From Penicillus capitatus (lineage: Eukaryota > Plantae > Chlorophyta), in NCBI GenBank assembly GCA_965649825.1, contig OZ287694.1, forward strand, positions 2,073,292 through 2,137,291: 64,000 bases of DNA, given 5' to 3'. A program made the position numbers and the translations under genes. Positions within the stretch are counted from its first letter, which is position 1, and the number at the start of each line of letters is the position of its first letter. The notes under the pieces are model-generated. The model was not told the DNA's origin and made no database searches. It saw nothing but the letters and a program-made list of their open reading frames with translations. Positions 11,001 to 22,086 of the stretch are shown one piece after another.

Positions 11001-12827
11001 GCGATCGTCGACAAACAGCCTGTCGAACTTCTCGGGATACAACACTTTTTCTTGAGAATGCAAGTTCTCGAAGCAACAATGGAAGAGGCGGACGATCTGA
11101 AGACTCTTACGAAAGACGAACGAGCAGTTGAGCTGACAGAAGGAGCGCGCCGACTGTTAGAAGGAACGCTTGACAATGCTCCAATCCGTAAAATCGTGGT
11201 CGAGAAATTCCAACGATATGTCCGCGTTTTGGAGCAGTTTCCTATGATACTCGAGAACGCCATTGATGGAACGAAGACACTATTGACAAGTACACGAAAT
11301 CTAACACTGGAAGATCAGGATAAGGTGAATGCTGTGCTGAAGCTTGCAAAACATTCTCCCAAACACGTTGAAGACATTCGATCGCTCTTGCCACTTAATA
11401 ACGAAGTCGAAGACTGGTACCATTCATGCGCCGACTTTGGAAGATTGAAAGACATTGCAACGGAAATACCGGAACTCACGGATGATGTATTGGCGATGCT
11501 ACAGAAGGGGTACAGCGACGAAGACTCCGACGTGCGCAGCAGTGCGATGGGTGCCATTTACAACTTCGTTAGAGCGGCGCCGCACCTCGCCGGCGACCTG
11601 CTGTCGATACCACAGAAGGGGTACAGCGACGAAGACTCCGACGTGCGCAGCAGAGCGATGGATGCCATCGACGGTTTTGCAATTGCGGCGCCGCACTTTG
11701 CCGGCGACCTAATGCCGATGCTACAGAAGGGGTGCGGCGACGAAGACTCCAACGTGCGCAGCAGTGCGATGGAAACCATCTTCAATTTCGTTAAGGCGGC
11801 GCCGCACCTCGCCGGCGACCTGCTGTCGATGCTACAGAAGGGGTACAGCGACGAAGACTCCGACGTGCGCAGGAGAGCGATGGATGCCACCGACGGTTTT
11901 GCAATTGTGGCGCCGCAACTCATGGGCGACATGCTGCCGATGATACAAAAAGGGTGCAGTGACGAAGACTCCGAGGTGCGCAGCAGTGCGATGTATGCCG
12001 TCACCGGCTTCGTTGAGGCGGCGCCGCAACTCATGGGCGACATGCTGCCGATGCTTCAGAAGGGGTGCATCGACGAAGACTCCGACGTGCGTAGCAATAC
12101 GATATTAGCCACCGGCTTCGTTGAGGCGGCGCCGCACCTCGCCGGCGACCTGCTGCCGTTGCTGCAGAAGGGGTGCATCGACGAAGACTCCGACGTGCGT
12201 AGCAATACGTTGTGGGTCATCGTCAGCTTCGTTGAGGCGGCGCCGCACCTCGCCGGCGATCTGCTGGCGATGCTACAGAAGGGATACAGCGACAAAGACT
12301 CTTACGTGCGCTCCATTGCGATTAAGTACATCGTCGATTTCGCTATGAGAGCGCCGCACCTCGCCGGCGACCTGCTGCCGATGTTACAGAAGGGGTGCAT
12401 CGACGAAGACTCCGACGTACGCAGCAGTGCGATGAAGAACATCGCCAGCTTCGCTAAGGTGGCGCCGCACCTTACGGGCGACCTGTTGCCGATGTTACAG
12501 AAGGGGTGCAGCGACGAAGACTCCGACGTACACGAAGAAGCTAAGAAGACGTTACACGGCATTAATGTTGATAAGAATATGCTTTCGACCGTCCTATCCA
12601 CTCCTGCGTGTGAAAAAGGCTGTTGGCTACTTCTTATAAGAAATGCAATTACACTCGACTGTCCTTCTGAGTCCGAAGAAGCTTTTCTTGTCTTCCATAC
12701 AACTTCTTCCAAAAAAATTATACAGTGGGATAAGAAAGATCTTCATAGATTTGTCAGGCGTTTAAAAGAAGATTTTGATGAGAACTTTCCAGAATTGTTA
12801 GTTTATCTAAACAAAAGACTAACGTGA
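8084..12827 (+). CDS. NLR-like STAND protein, ~1562 aa: helical N-terminal domain (~500 aa), NACHT NTPase, ~9.5 HEAT repeats; one intron at 9593-9647
   Basis: Walker A VLLYGNPGTGKT, Walker B LLMFDGLDE, sensor LILTRP, GFS motif and winged-helix YQFPHLTFQEYFAGRYI. A 55-nt GT-AG intron joins NFAK to VPSLFEP in frame. HEAT consensus LQKGxSDEDSDVRxxA. Confidence 0.9.
11496..12531 (+). repeat. Coding tandem repeat, 111-bp unit (37-aa HEAT repeat): 9 full copies (one is 108 bp) plus a partial copy
   Basis: Units start at 11496, 11607 and so on to 12492. The ends of each unit (cagaaggggt...gacgaagactccgacgtgcgc and gcgccgcacctcgccggcgacctgctg) are nearly invariant. Confidence 0.95.
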
Positions 12828-13779
12828 AAGAATGTACTGCGTTGAAGCCTGCACAGGCCCAGTAGTGTTTCGGAAATCGTTTATCGCTTAAATGTATCGT
12901 AGGTGAAAGTTTGCTTTAGTATTGCGGCGTATCTTTATCTTGCACTAACTGTGGGAGGTGATTGAGCGGCCACTTCAGTCATCACACGCTTCACGGACTC
13001 AAATTAATAGAGGATGGCTTGTTTGGTGTGTCGTACTACGAGTTTGATGTGTGCGAACAGACTCAATCATTCGTTTGTTTAGAAGCATCCGACGTTTGTT
13101 CTTACTAAAGGTGCCACTGTCAGCAAAATCGTTTGCCACCAAGAACTCGCACTAAGTCTCTTGCAGAATCACACTCACATTCAGGGCAGCTGGGAAGAGC
13201 GCGTTCCGATGCAGAGATTCGTTGCCCGTGGACACTCCTTACTCCCTTCGAGTTGTTGGCGCGCATTTTTGCTTGATGTGACCGATGAACAACATCTCGT
13301 GTTTACAAAAGGCATCTCGGTCAAGATCAACACTGTGATGAGATTCTTCGCGTGTTACGAAGGAGTTGTTCTGTGTCGGACAGTGTCCTATGTGAGAGTT
13401 GTTTATTTTGGTTAAAGAAATGGCGTCGTTGGAATCGATCGATCGCGCGATTTTGAGGAATCTGCCATCATTCGGCGTTCTTAAACCAGGATGGGCATTT
13501 CTGTGTTCCATTGTTGGAGGCCTCTCTATAGATTCCAGCATGCCACTGGATCTCCTCACTCACGAGAACGACACTTCTACAACAGAACGTATTTCTCCTC
13601 GGGCGTTCATCGACATCACGACAGATAAAGAGTCGTGCTGGCTGCCTTTGCTGTGCTCGGTACATTAGGCGACTCTACGATGCATGCAGAACATCACACT
13701 CTGTATCTGCTTCCCATGACGGTGATCCGCAAGGCGTTACGTGCAATGCAACAAGCGGCCTAAGTCGATTGCTACCTAC

Positions 13780-14510
13780 CTAGCATCGAGTGTTAGGTCT
13801 TATCCAACACCGTCCTCGATTCCATATTGCGATGCCTTTCGACACACGCAACGCTGCGATAAATAAGTCTTCTATCCACACGACTGATCTCCTGCTGTGT
13901 CTGATGTAAATAATGATGATCATTTTCTCCACTGTCCGCGCAATGCTTGCCTCTGTTCGATGCAACGAGTTCTTGAGCAGATCGATCACTTTACAGATTC
14001 TTCGTGTGCTTAAGCCGGTTGACTTTTCCTTAAGCTGAAGTTCACGGCAGTTCCGTAAGAAATATCGCTTGGCTGCAAAATGATTATCTATCTCCATTGT
14101 TTCCCGTATACCTTTCATACTGCATTCACACTGTACAGTCCAGGGTTTGTAAGCAAGAACGTTATGCTCCACAGCAACTACGGTTATCGTTCTCTTTACC
14201 CAGCCTTGTCAATCTGGCGTAATGCATTGCACTGTATAGCATGTCCTGTGAATACACCACTAAGAAGCATAAGGAGGGTGGCCAAAGAGATCCAAAGTAA
14301 ACGATAAATCACTAGTCGTCTAAGTGTACTCGGAATCTGCATTTCCCGCAGAGACTGTCCGTCGTCTAGTCGAGTGAGCAGCTCAAAAGCGGTGATGCTG
14401 TCGAGCAGAGACTTAGGAGACACCAAGACTGCACCGACTGACATGATTAGAGCGTCGATAACAGAAGAGTATAGCTGACCAAATGTCTTCTCGACAATAG
14501 GCTTCGCCAC
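13780..14510 (-). pseudogene. Possible decayed multi-pass membrane protein remnant
   Basis: Stop-broken ORFs 14196-14510 and 13780-14172 have hydrophobic segments (RLLWISLATLLMLLSGVF) and a WIRPNTRC*VG segment. No family could be assigned with confidence. Confidence 0.25.
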
Positions 14511-14924
14511 AGTCTCGATTCTCCTTACACGATGACGGCGACTGCTTTAATGTCGCCAGTCGATGGCCGAGAACACGAAAGCTGCCCGTTGCGTCCGAGA
14601 TCGCCTAGGAGCTGCGGAGAAACGAATAGAGTCTCCATGCATCGTCTGACGCATCGCTTCGCGACAAGTGCCTAGGTGATGAAGAATGACGAGGACACGT
14701 GGTCTTGACACGTGGTCTGAACGAAGCGACAGGACTGCTGCCCGCATCGTCGATGACGTTTGCGACGAACAGGCAGAAGCTGACGTGGGCTGAACATGAC
14801 GTGTCCACGCACACCATTGTTTCTTTGTTTTCCTAGCGCCCTAGCATAAAACAGTGCATTGGCGCATTGGCGCTGTTACCCCAAGCGAACGTTTCGACGC
14901 CGAACCACAACCTTGTCCACCAAA

Positions 14925-17783
14925 ATGTCAGCGAAACTGGCACAGCGATTTCTTGGCGCTCCATTTGAGAAAGGTACGTCTGCCGCTTCGCAATGCCAAA
15001 CGGAGACGCCGACGATTTCGCCGTTTAGTGTTGCTCAAGGACTCCAAGGATTGGAAACTGCATCTGCCGGCCGAGAAAATCGATGACAGAGACGTTGGCA
15101 CGCCCGACGGATGGATTCCGCGTAACCCGGCGCTGCTGCGCCACACGGGACGCCATCCCTTCAACTGCGAACCTCCTCTGGACCAGCTCACGGAATCCGG
15201 ATTCATCACACCCGTCTCCCTGCACTACGTGCGAAACCATGGCGCGGTGCCCAAGCTCGAGTGGAAGAGCCACCGCATCGAGATTAAGGGCCTCGTCGAC
15301 CGACCCATGTCGTTGGCCATGGACGATATTCTGAAGTTCCCGAGCACGACGATTCCCGTTACGCTGGCATGTGCCGGCAACCGGCGCAAGGAGACAAACA
15401 TGGTGAAGAAGACGGTTGGCTTCAACTGGGGTCCAGGAGTGACCTCGTGCTCCTACTGGACAGGTCAGGAATCATCCATACCGAAAAAGTGTGAGATTGA
15501 ATGAGATGTGTTACAGGAGTGCTTCTGCGCGACATCTTGCTGCATGTCCAAACGAAATCGCCTTATGCGGGAGCCACGCATGTCTGCTTCCGTGGACCCA
15601 CTAGCGAAGTGCCCAGGGGAGAGGATGGGTCATACGGGACGTCGATCAACCTGGGCCACGCTCTGGATCCTTCCAACGACGTCATTCTGGCCTACAAACA
15701 GAACGACCGATGGCTGACGCCCGATCACGGCTTTCCCATTCGTCTGATCGTACCGGGCTTCACGGCTGGGCGCATGGTGAAGTGGCTCAGCGAGATCACC
15801 GTGTCCGATAGAGAGAGCAACAACTTCTACCACTACAACGACAACCGCGTCCTGCCTCCCCACGTGGACGAAGCCCTGTCCAAGGAAGAAGGTGAGCAGA
15901 GAAGCGCCCTTTGCGCATGCCTGACATGGACTGCCGCCGCAGGATGGGTCTATAAGCCCGAGTTCATCGTCAATGAGCTCAACATCAACGCCGCCGTCTC
16001 CAGACCGTGTCACGACGAGACGCTGGTGCTCAAGGCAAACAGTCCCTACACCGTGAAGGGATATGCCTACACGGGTGGCGGACGCAAAGTGATCCGAGTG
16101 GAGGTGTCGCTGGACGATGGCAAGACCTGGCGGTTGGCTGAGATCGACCGCATGGATGCGGAGACGCCGTTCGGCAAATCGTGGACGTGGAGTTTCTGGA
16201 AACTGGAAGTGCACCCTTTCGATTTTCTGTACGCGAACGAAATGGTGATCCGCGCCGCCGACTCGGCACAGAACTTCCAGCCGGATCAGTTGACCTGGAA
16301 CATGATGGGAATGATGACGAACTGTCACTTCAGAGTCCGCATCCACAAGAAGATGTGTGACGACGGCACACTCTCCGTCCGATTCCAGCACCCAGCGCCG
16401 CCAGAGGTGGGCGCTCTGGGGAACGTCGGATGGAGAGAGGAGGAATCCAAGGCCCACCAGCAAGAAGCGCCCACCATTGCTGCTCCCCCTGCCGTTCCGC
16501 CTCTGTCCAGACTCTCGAGCCTCTCGGCCACCATACTGACGGCCACTGTGGAGCTGCCAACAGGTGAAGTGTCTTTTCCCGCTCCGTCCGTGCTGAGTAT
16601 CGTCCGTCTAGTGAACGAGACCTACACGATGGCGGAGGTGAAGCAGCACACGACGGACGAGTCCTGTTGGTTTGTGCACGAGGGCAAGGTCTACGATGTG
16701 ACGTCGTACTTGGAGGATCACCCGGGAGGTGCCGAATCCATCCTGCTGGAGGCAGGAGGCGATGCAACTGTCGAGTTCAATGCGATTCATTCTTCCAATG
16801 CCAGATCCATGCTCGACAAGTACTACATCGGGGATCTGGACACGTCGGCGCCCGAGCCTGAAGCTGCACCCAAGGCGGAAGTCCCAGAGATACGCGAACC
16901 CGTCATGCCAGTTCGGCGAAAACCCATGTCTCCAGTACACAGGGAGGCGCCGGTGGCGCTCAACCCAAAGGCCAAAATCCGCTGCACGCTATCGGAAAGG
17001 GTCGAACTGAACCACAACACGCTCCTTCTGCGTTTCGCTCTGCCGTCCTCCGATCAAAAACTGGGACTGCCCGTCGGTCAGCACATGTATCTCTATGCAG
17101 GTAGCCCTGCATCTCCCCTTCCTTCGCCCGGCAGCTGACCGTGTCTTGCAGATATCGAGGGAGAGGTGTGCATGAGAGCGTACACGCCGACAAGCTCCGA
17201 CGAGCTGGGCTTCTTCGACCTGGTCGTCAAGATCTACCGAGCGAACGAGCATCCCGATTTCCCAGAGGGCGGCAAGATGTCCGCCTTCTTGGAAAAGATG
17301 GAGGTCGGCGACGCGATCAGCGTCAAGGGACCCACGGGTCACTTCAAGTACGTCGGCAAGGGAGAGTACGTCAACAACCGACGTCCAGGAAAGGCGAAGC
17401 AGCTGTCCATGATTGCGGCGGGCACGGGCATCACACCGATGTACCAAGTGATCAAGGCCGTCCTCAACGATCCGTTCGACGAGACCAACATCAAGCTTCT
17501 CTACGTCAACCGACACGTTCACGACATTCTCCTCCGCGACGAGCTGGACCAGCTGACGCTCCTGCATCCGAATTTCGATATCTGGTACACACTGACGGCT
17601 CCTCCCGACGGTTGGAGTTTCTCCACGGGGCGCGTCAATCTGGAGATGCTGGAGAGAACGCTCTTCTCTGCATCCGAAGATGGCCTCGTTCTCATGTGTG
17701 GACCGCAGCCCATGTTGGAAAGCGGCTGCAAACCGAATCTGGAGAAGCTGGGATGGGACAAGAGCCAGATGATGGAGTTCTGA
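14925..17783 (+). CDS. NIT1: Assimilatory NAD(P)H nitrate reductase (Moco, dimerization, cytochrome b5, FAD and NAD(P)H domains), ~867 aa; introns 14974-15028, 15464-15516, 15892-15942, 16564-16611, 17101-17151
   Basis: Motifs GRHPFNCEPP, TLACAGNRRKE, DHGFPIRLIVPG, cyt b5 HPGG, LGLPVGQH, RAYTP and MIAAGTGITP. All five GT-AG introns restore the frame and the conserved alignment. Confidence 0.97.
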
Positions 17784-18109
17784 TCGACCCGCTTGCGAGC
17801 GCGTCTCGTTACTATTTCATTCAATTCTTCGTATCTATCTGCCAAACGGTAACCCATTTAGAACGCACCCCTGCCTAGTACCTCTGCCAGAGGTATCCCT
17901 TACATTATATGCCGCTTCGGCTGCACAACCAAACGTTCCTTGTCGTATTTTTTCCACACCGTATCTGCAAAATCCGCAATTGACGCGGATTTCTTCGAAA
18001 GATTCTTGTTCGTGGTTCAGCGCCTGAACCAACTTTTGCGTTCCCCTGTTTCTGATTGTGACGATCGATGCCATCAACATGAATGGTATCTTCTAATGCA
18101 TTTCTATGA

Positions 18110-18900
18110 CTAGGCAATCCGCTTACCGAGAAACGCATTCGATCGCGGTTCGAACGTACGGACGACCACTGAAGTGACTGATACACCAGAGCTCGATTCA
18201 TCAAGCAGTACTCCATTCGATACAAACAGCAGAGTTGAGGGGAATAGAGGAAGTGCCCTGAAATGACGACACTGTGGGGCATGTCTGTGTCGAAGGGAGA
18301 CATGAAGCGCAATCCGCAGCCACGGAAGGCGCTTGGGTACTTGTCTCCTAGTCCACTTCCAGCAAATCAGATCACATATCTGAGAAGATGCGGGCAGGTG
18401 TGCAGTGTGGAGACGAAAGAAGACGCTGAGCGTTTCAGATGACAAGGTCGAAAGTCGTTGGCCGTCGATGACGAACCCTTCACGCACAGGGACTCGTCAC
18501 CCATTACGTAATAATCTTCACGTAATGTTAGCTCAGCGGTAAACGCGTCGTTCCAGATCGCTTCAACGAGGCAACGTCGACGATCTTGAGTATTTTCGCG
18601 TCTGGTATCAAGGTTTGGAAGACTTCCTCACTTGTCTTCCGTGTGGCGGCTCGTAAGATCGACACTTTCGTCAAAAAACGCCGAATCCAGAGAAGTTCTG
18701 CAGATTTGGTGTCTGTCGTTGAAAACAGATCGTTCAGTTTAGCATCTCCTCTGTTAAGTGAGAATTTGACCGCTTCAAAGACCAGCATCTCCTCAGGACA
18801 TTGGCGTCTTTTGCGGAGGAACTGCCGAATGCTCTTCTGCTAGCCAAGGAAAGCTGCCTGGCGCTTCGGCCGGTGATGGAGACCGAAGATGTGGATGCCG
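18110..18900 (-). pseudogene. Degenerate ORF of unknown family
   Basis: ORFs 18528-18788 and 18110-18487 lie in one frame separated by stop codons and have protein-like composition. No recognisable motif. Confidence 0.25.
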
Positions 18901-19381
18901 GCCGAGCTGTCGATGTATAGATGTGATGTGACGTGCGGTTGGCTGTTTCTGTGAGATCGCGAAAGATCAGATCTCCACGAGATGGATGGTCTGTGGATGT
19001 TGGACTCTGGAACAATTGAATAATGTGTGTCTCCTTCGAGTGTCTACAGTCGAGATCTGAGACATCTGTCATCGCTCTATCTTCCCCCGGCACTGGTGCT
19101 GAGCCAATCCATCTTCACCTGACGCTCAGAAGATATGGAAGCTGTGCTTGTAACTCAGTTCTGACCGACGCGTGCAGTTTTCGCAATCGCAGACATACAT
19201 CGCGAGCAGACTTCTTCTGTCGTCAGGAGCTTGTCAAAAAGATGGAAACATCTTAACAGGTAAACATCGACAGGTTACGGACAACACAGACTGCTGGAGG
19301 GCAAAAAGGGGAAACAAACAGAATCCAAATCTTCTGGTGCCGTCATGCATCAGGAAAGAATATGAGGTGGTGAACATCTGT

Positions 19382-20368
19382 TTAGGTTGTCGGGTACATC
19401 TCAGACGCCTCCGCATCCACTTCCTCTACGGATTCGGAGATGAACTTGAGATGTCCAGAAAAGATGATAATGGGCCCGTATTTCCCAACAGCTTCCAGGA
19501 CTTTGAAATACGTGCCCGGTTCAACGGGGACCGAGATTCTTTCCTCACGTCTTTCAAAAAACGAACTTCGTTCCAGAGTCGACCAATCGAACCCAATACT
19601 ACTGCTAAGTTCAACCTGAAAGACGCTTCTAAGACTCGCTGTAGCACCCAAAGACAAAGAGTAAGACCCCGCTCTTGTCGTCTGTTGCTCCAGATTCATG
19701 CCAGTTTTGTAGATGAGTTCGACCTTTATTGGCGATGTGCCGTACCTATTGTCAACCTCCCTGATGGAGACGTACTCATCAGACGCGTCCCATTTTTTAT
19801 CGCCTCCTTTCCATCCGACAAATTGGTTACGGCCAACAATGTATGATTGCGTGGTACCACAGTGCAGGACACCGTCGGTCCACAGATACAGAACATTGCT
19901 CGAATCTATGGCTCTGCGGATGACGAGATTGTCGTCATTCTCGTCGAGGAAAAGATTGAAACGCTCCCAGCCGAGGAGCTCTCCCCTTCCCTCGACCTCG
20001 CCGCCGTTTTCGCAACACAACCATTGTTGGGTTTGGGTGTTTTTCAGGGCAAAGAATCCATCTGCGGTTTTGTGGAGTTCAAACCGATGCGCCTCTTCAC
20101 AGTTTTCTCCGTCGGCGAGGAACCTTCCGTTGATCAACCAATCAGGATCGTGACGCACAAACTTCATGTTTGAGCCGAGGAGGGTAATATATCGCGTTCC
20201 GATGCTGACGCCGTCATTTCCTGGCCCCACTTGGAAACGCCACAGCTGGTCGGCGCTCGTCACTGGGACGGTGGAAGGATTCTTAACACTTTGCGTCGGA
20301 CGCCACACCTCGGTTGCGACTGCTGCTGTAACGAACAACGGCAACAACGCGACGCATGTGAACTGCAT
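19382..20368 (-). CDS. Secreted protein, ~328 aa: signal peptide, fascin/beta-trefoil-like region, C-terminal aerolysin/ETX-MTX2-like beta-pore-forming domain (putative)
   Basis: ATG at 20368 (MQFTCVALLPLFVTAAVA). Fascin-like segments FALKNTQTQQWLCCENGG and GWERFNL. A Ser/Thr-rich amphipathic hairpin SYSLSLGATASLRSVFQVELSSSIGFDWS is followed by ISVPVEPG. Confidence 0.7.
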   Translation of the reverse strand: MQFTCVALLPLFVTAAVATEVWRPTQSVKNPSTVPVTSADQLWRFQVGPGNDGVSIGTRYITLLGSNMKFVRHDPDWLINGRFLADGENCEEAHRFELHKTADGFFALKNTQTQQWLCCENGGEVEGRGELLGWERFNLFLDENDDNLVIRRAIDSSNVLYLWTDGVLHCGTTQSYIVGRNQFVGWKGGDKKWDASDEYVSIREVDNRYGTSPIKVELIYKTGMNLEQQTTRAGSYSLSLGATASLRSVFQVELSSSIGFDWSTLERSSFFERREERISVPVEPGTYFKVLEAVGKYGPIIIFSGHLKFISESVEEVDAEASEMYPTT

Positions 20369-20672
20369 TTCGGAAACGAGCAGCAGGAAATCGAGGGCAA
20401 GGGGAAACGCCGTTAAAAACGTCGGCAGACTATTTGTCACAAAGACCGCCGACCTCCACGTAGGAAATGGTACATCGGTGCCGTCTTTTCCTCGCGAATG
20501 CGTTCTTAGCTAAACATATCGCTTCTACCGAGGTTGCATACTTTACTTAGAGCTAGCTGATATCTTTCGAGGCTCGTGCGTCTGACGTTAAAGACAGTGG
20601 CAAGCCGGAAAGAGGTCTTGCTGTCTCTAAATCTCGAGTCCATCCAAGTCTGAGTTACCAGGGTGTTTATTT

Positions 20673-21700
20673 TTAGTTATTTTGCAGCACGCCTAGGATC
20701 GTCGATGTGACAGTGATGTGGCCCCTCTCGCTGTTCTTGCTACCTTTCATCGAGACAGGAAAAGTTCGCTCTCCGGCATCTTCGACTACAGCCCTGTCGA
20801 TGTCGTGCAGTACAGGGATCGTCCATTCTCCAAATGATCCCTCCAGAATCTCTCTTGTCTTGAAGATGGCAGAATCTATGTCAATAAAGTTGATGTGCAT
20901 TCTCAGATGCATCGATTCATAGAAAGGCTGAAACTGACCCGCAGCAAAAGATAATGCCATTCCCAAGCTAGACACCATTTGATGTGACGTGACACAATCA
21001 GTTGTCCAGGATGAAGGCTGCAGTGCTCTCTGCGAGTTTGGCAGAACCGTCGATGACTCTCCTCGTCATGCTTTTGGGATTCTGTGATCGCCAGAGTGGC
21101 ATGCCAGGAACAAGACACAATGCGCCTTGGCAGGGGTCATGCAAGAGACAACAAAGACCGAGCTGTCACGTCATGTGGAGGAGACGATGCCCAACATCGC
21201 CACTGAAGCCAAAGGTCTCGACAATGCTGAAGACACGAAGAAAGGGAAGAAACAGCAAACGAAGGTGCATTTGTATTGATGCCCTTCTACAGACCTTCCG
21301 CCGACGTCACATCAAGAGAGCCGTCGATGTGAAGGGCCTTGCCGACGAGCGATATAACGCGTTGCTCAGCAGACGTGTTGCGAACGGTAGGAGCAGATCG
21401 ATCGAGCACACTCCCTTGAGCAGTCTTTGAGGAGGTCGGTCGTCTTCGGAACGTTCGACGAGCCAGACTTCAATCTACGATTGCATACGCCTAGGAGAAT
21501 ACGATAGGAAAACGGGACGACCATACGTGTTTGGGTTTGAAGCGCGGGGTGGATACGAGGCCGGAGCTGCGTCGTAAGTGTTGTCGGAGAGGCTCATGCC
21601 CGAATCGAAGGGGGCATCCAAGAACAGGCCGTAGCACTCGACCTGTCCGCCGAACCCAGACCCGTTCTGCAGTTCCTTGAACTTCTCTTCGCACCATGAG
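20673..21700 (-). CDS. Putative multi-exon protein of unknown function; boundaries uncertain
   Basis: Protein-like segments (EEKFKELQNGSGFGGQVECYGLFLD, IEVWLVERSEDD...VISLVGKALHIDGSLD, ORF 20673-20978) are separated by intron-like GT..AG stretches. Confidence 0.3.
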
Positions 21701-22086
21701 GAAATCGACCTCTCAGCAGATATGAAGGCATATAGGCAGCCTTTATCAAGCTCAGTAACGGTGGGTGATTCTTATTCACTGTATGTGAAAGGCTTCTGAT
21801 TCTTCATCCGCGTCTACAAAACCACGAGCTGCAATACAGACAATGCACTCCAAGAGCGGCTTACATCAAGTGACGCGTGGCATAGAGTCGTAAGTCTTAT
21901 CTTTACCTGTGCTCAATCCACTTCGTGTCCATTTAGATGTTACGTCATGCTGCTTCAATGACCATGATGCCGCCGCGTGGTGGAGTGCGCGATAGGTTCC
22001 AAAAAACAATGATCGTGTGTGTCCACGAACACATTTTCGCCTTATATAGCTATCATTCGAGTTTCTTTCTTAGCGACCGCTCTGTG

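Noticed and set aside
11496-12531. Conserved/variable alternation resembling a CRISPR array
   Set aside because: The units are in-frame coding HEAT repeats inside a eukaryotic ORF. The variable parts are homologous to each other, and there are no cas genes.
16564-16580. 14-bp match (gaagtgtcttttcc) between an NR intron and the LTR
   Set aside because: Too short and isolated; compatible with chance.
17880-17905. EVLGRGAF on the minus strand, resembling a kinase glycine loop
   Set aside because: It is flanked by stops, and no other kinase subdomains follow.
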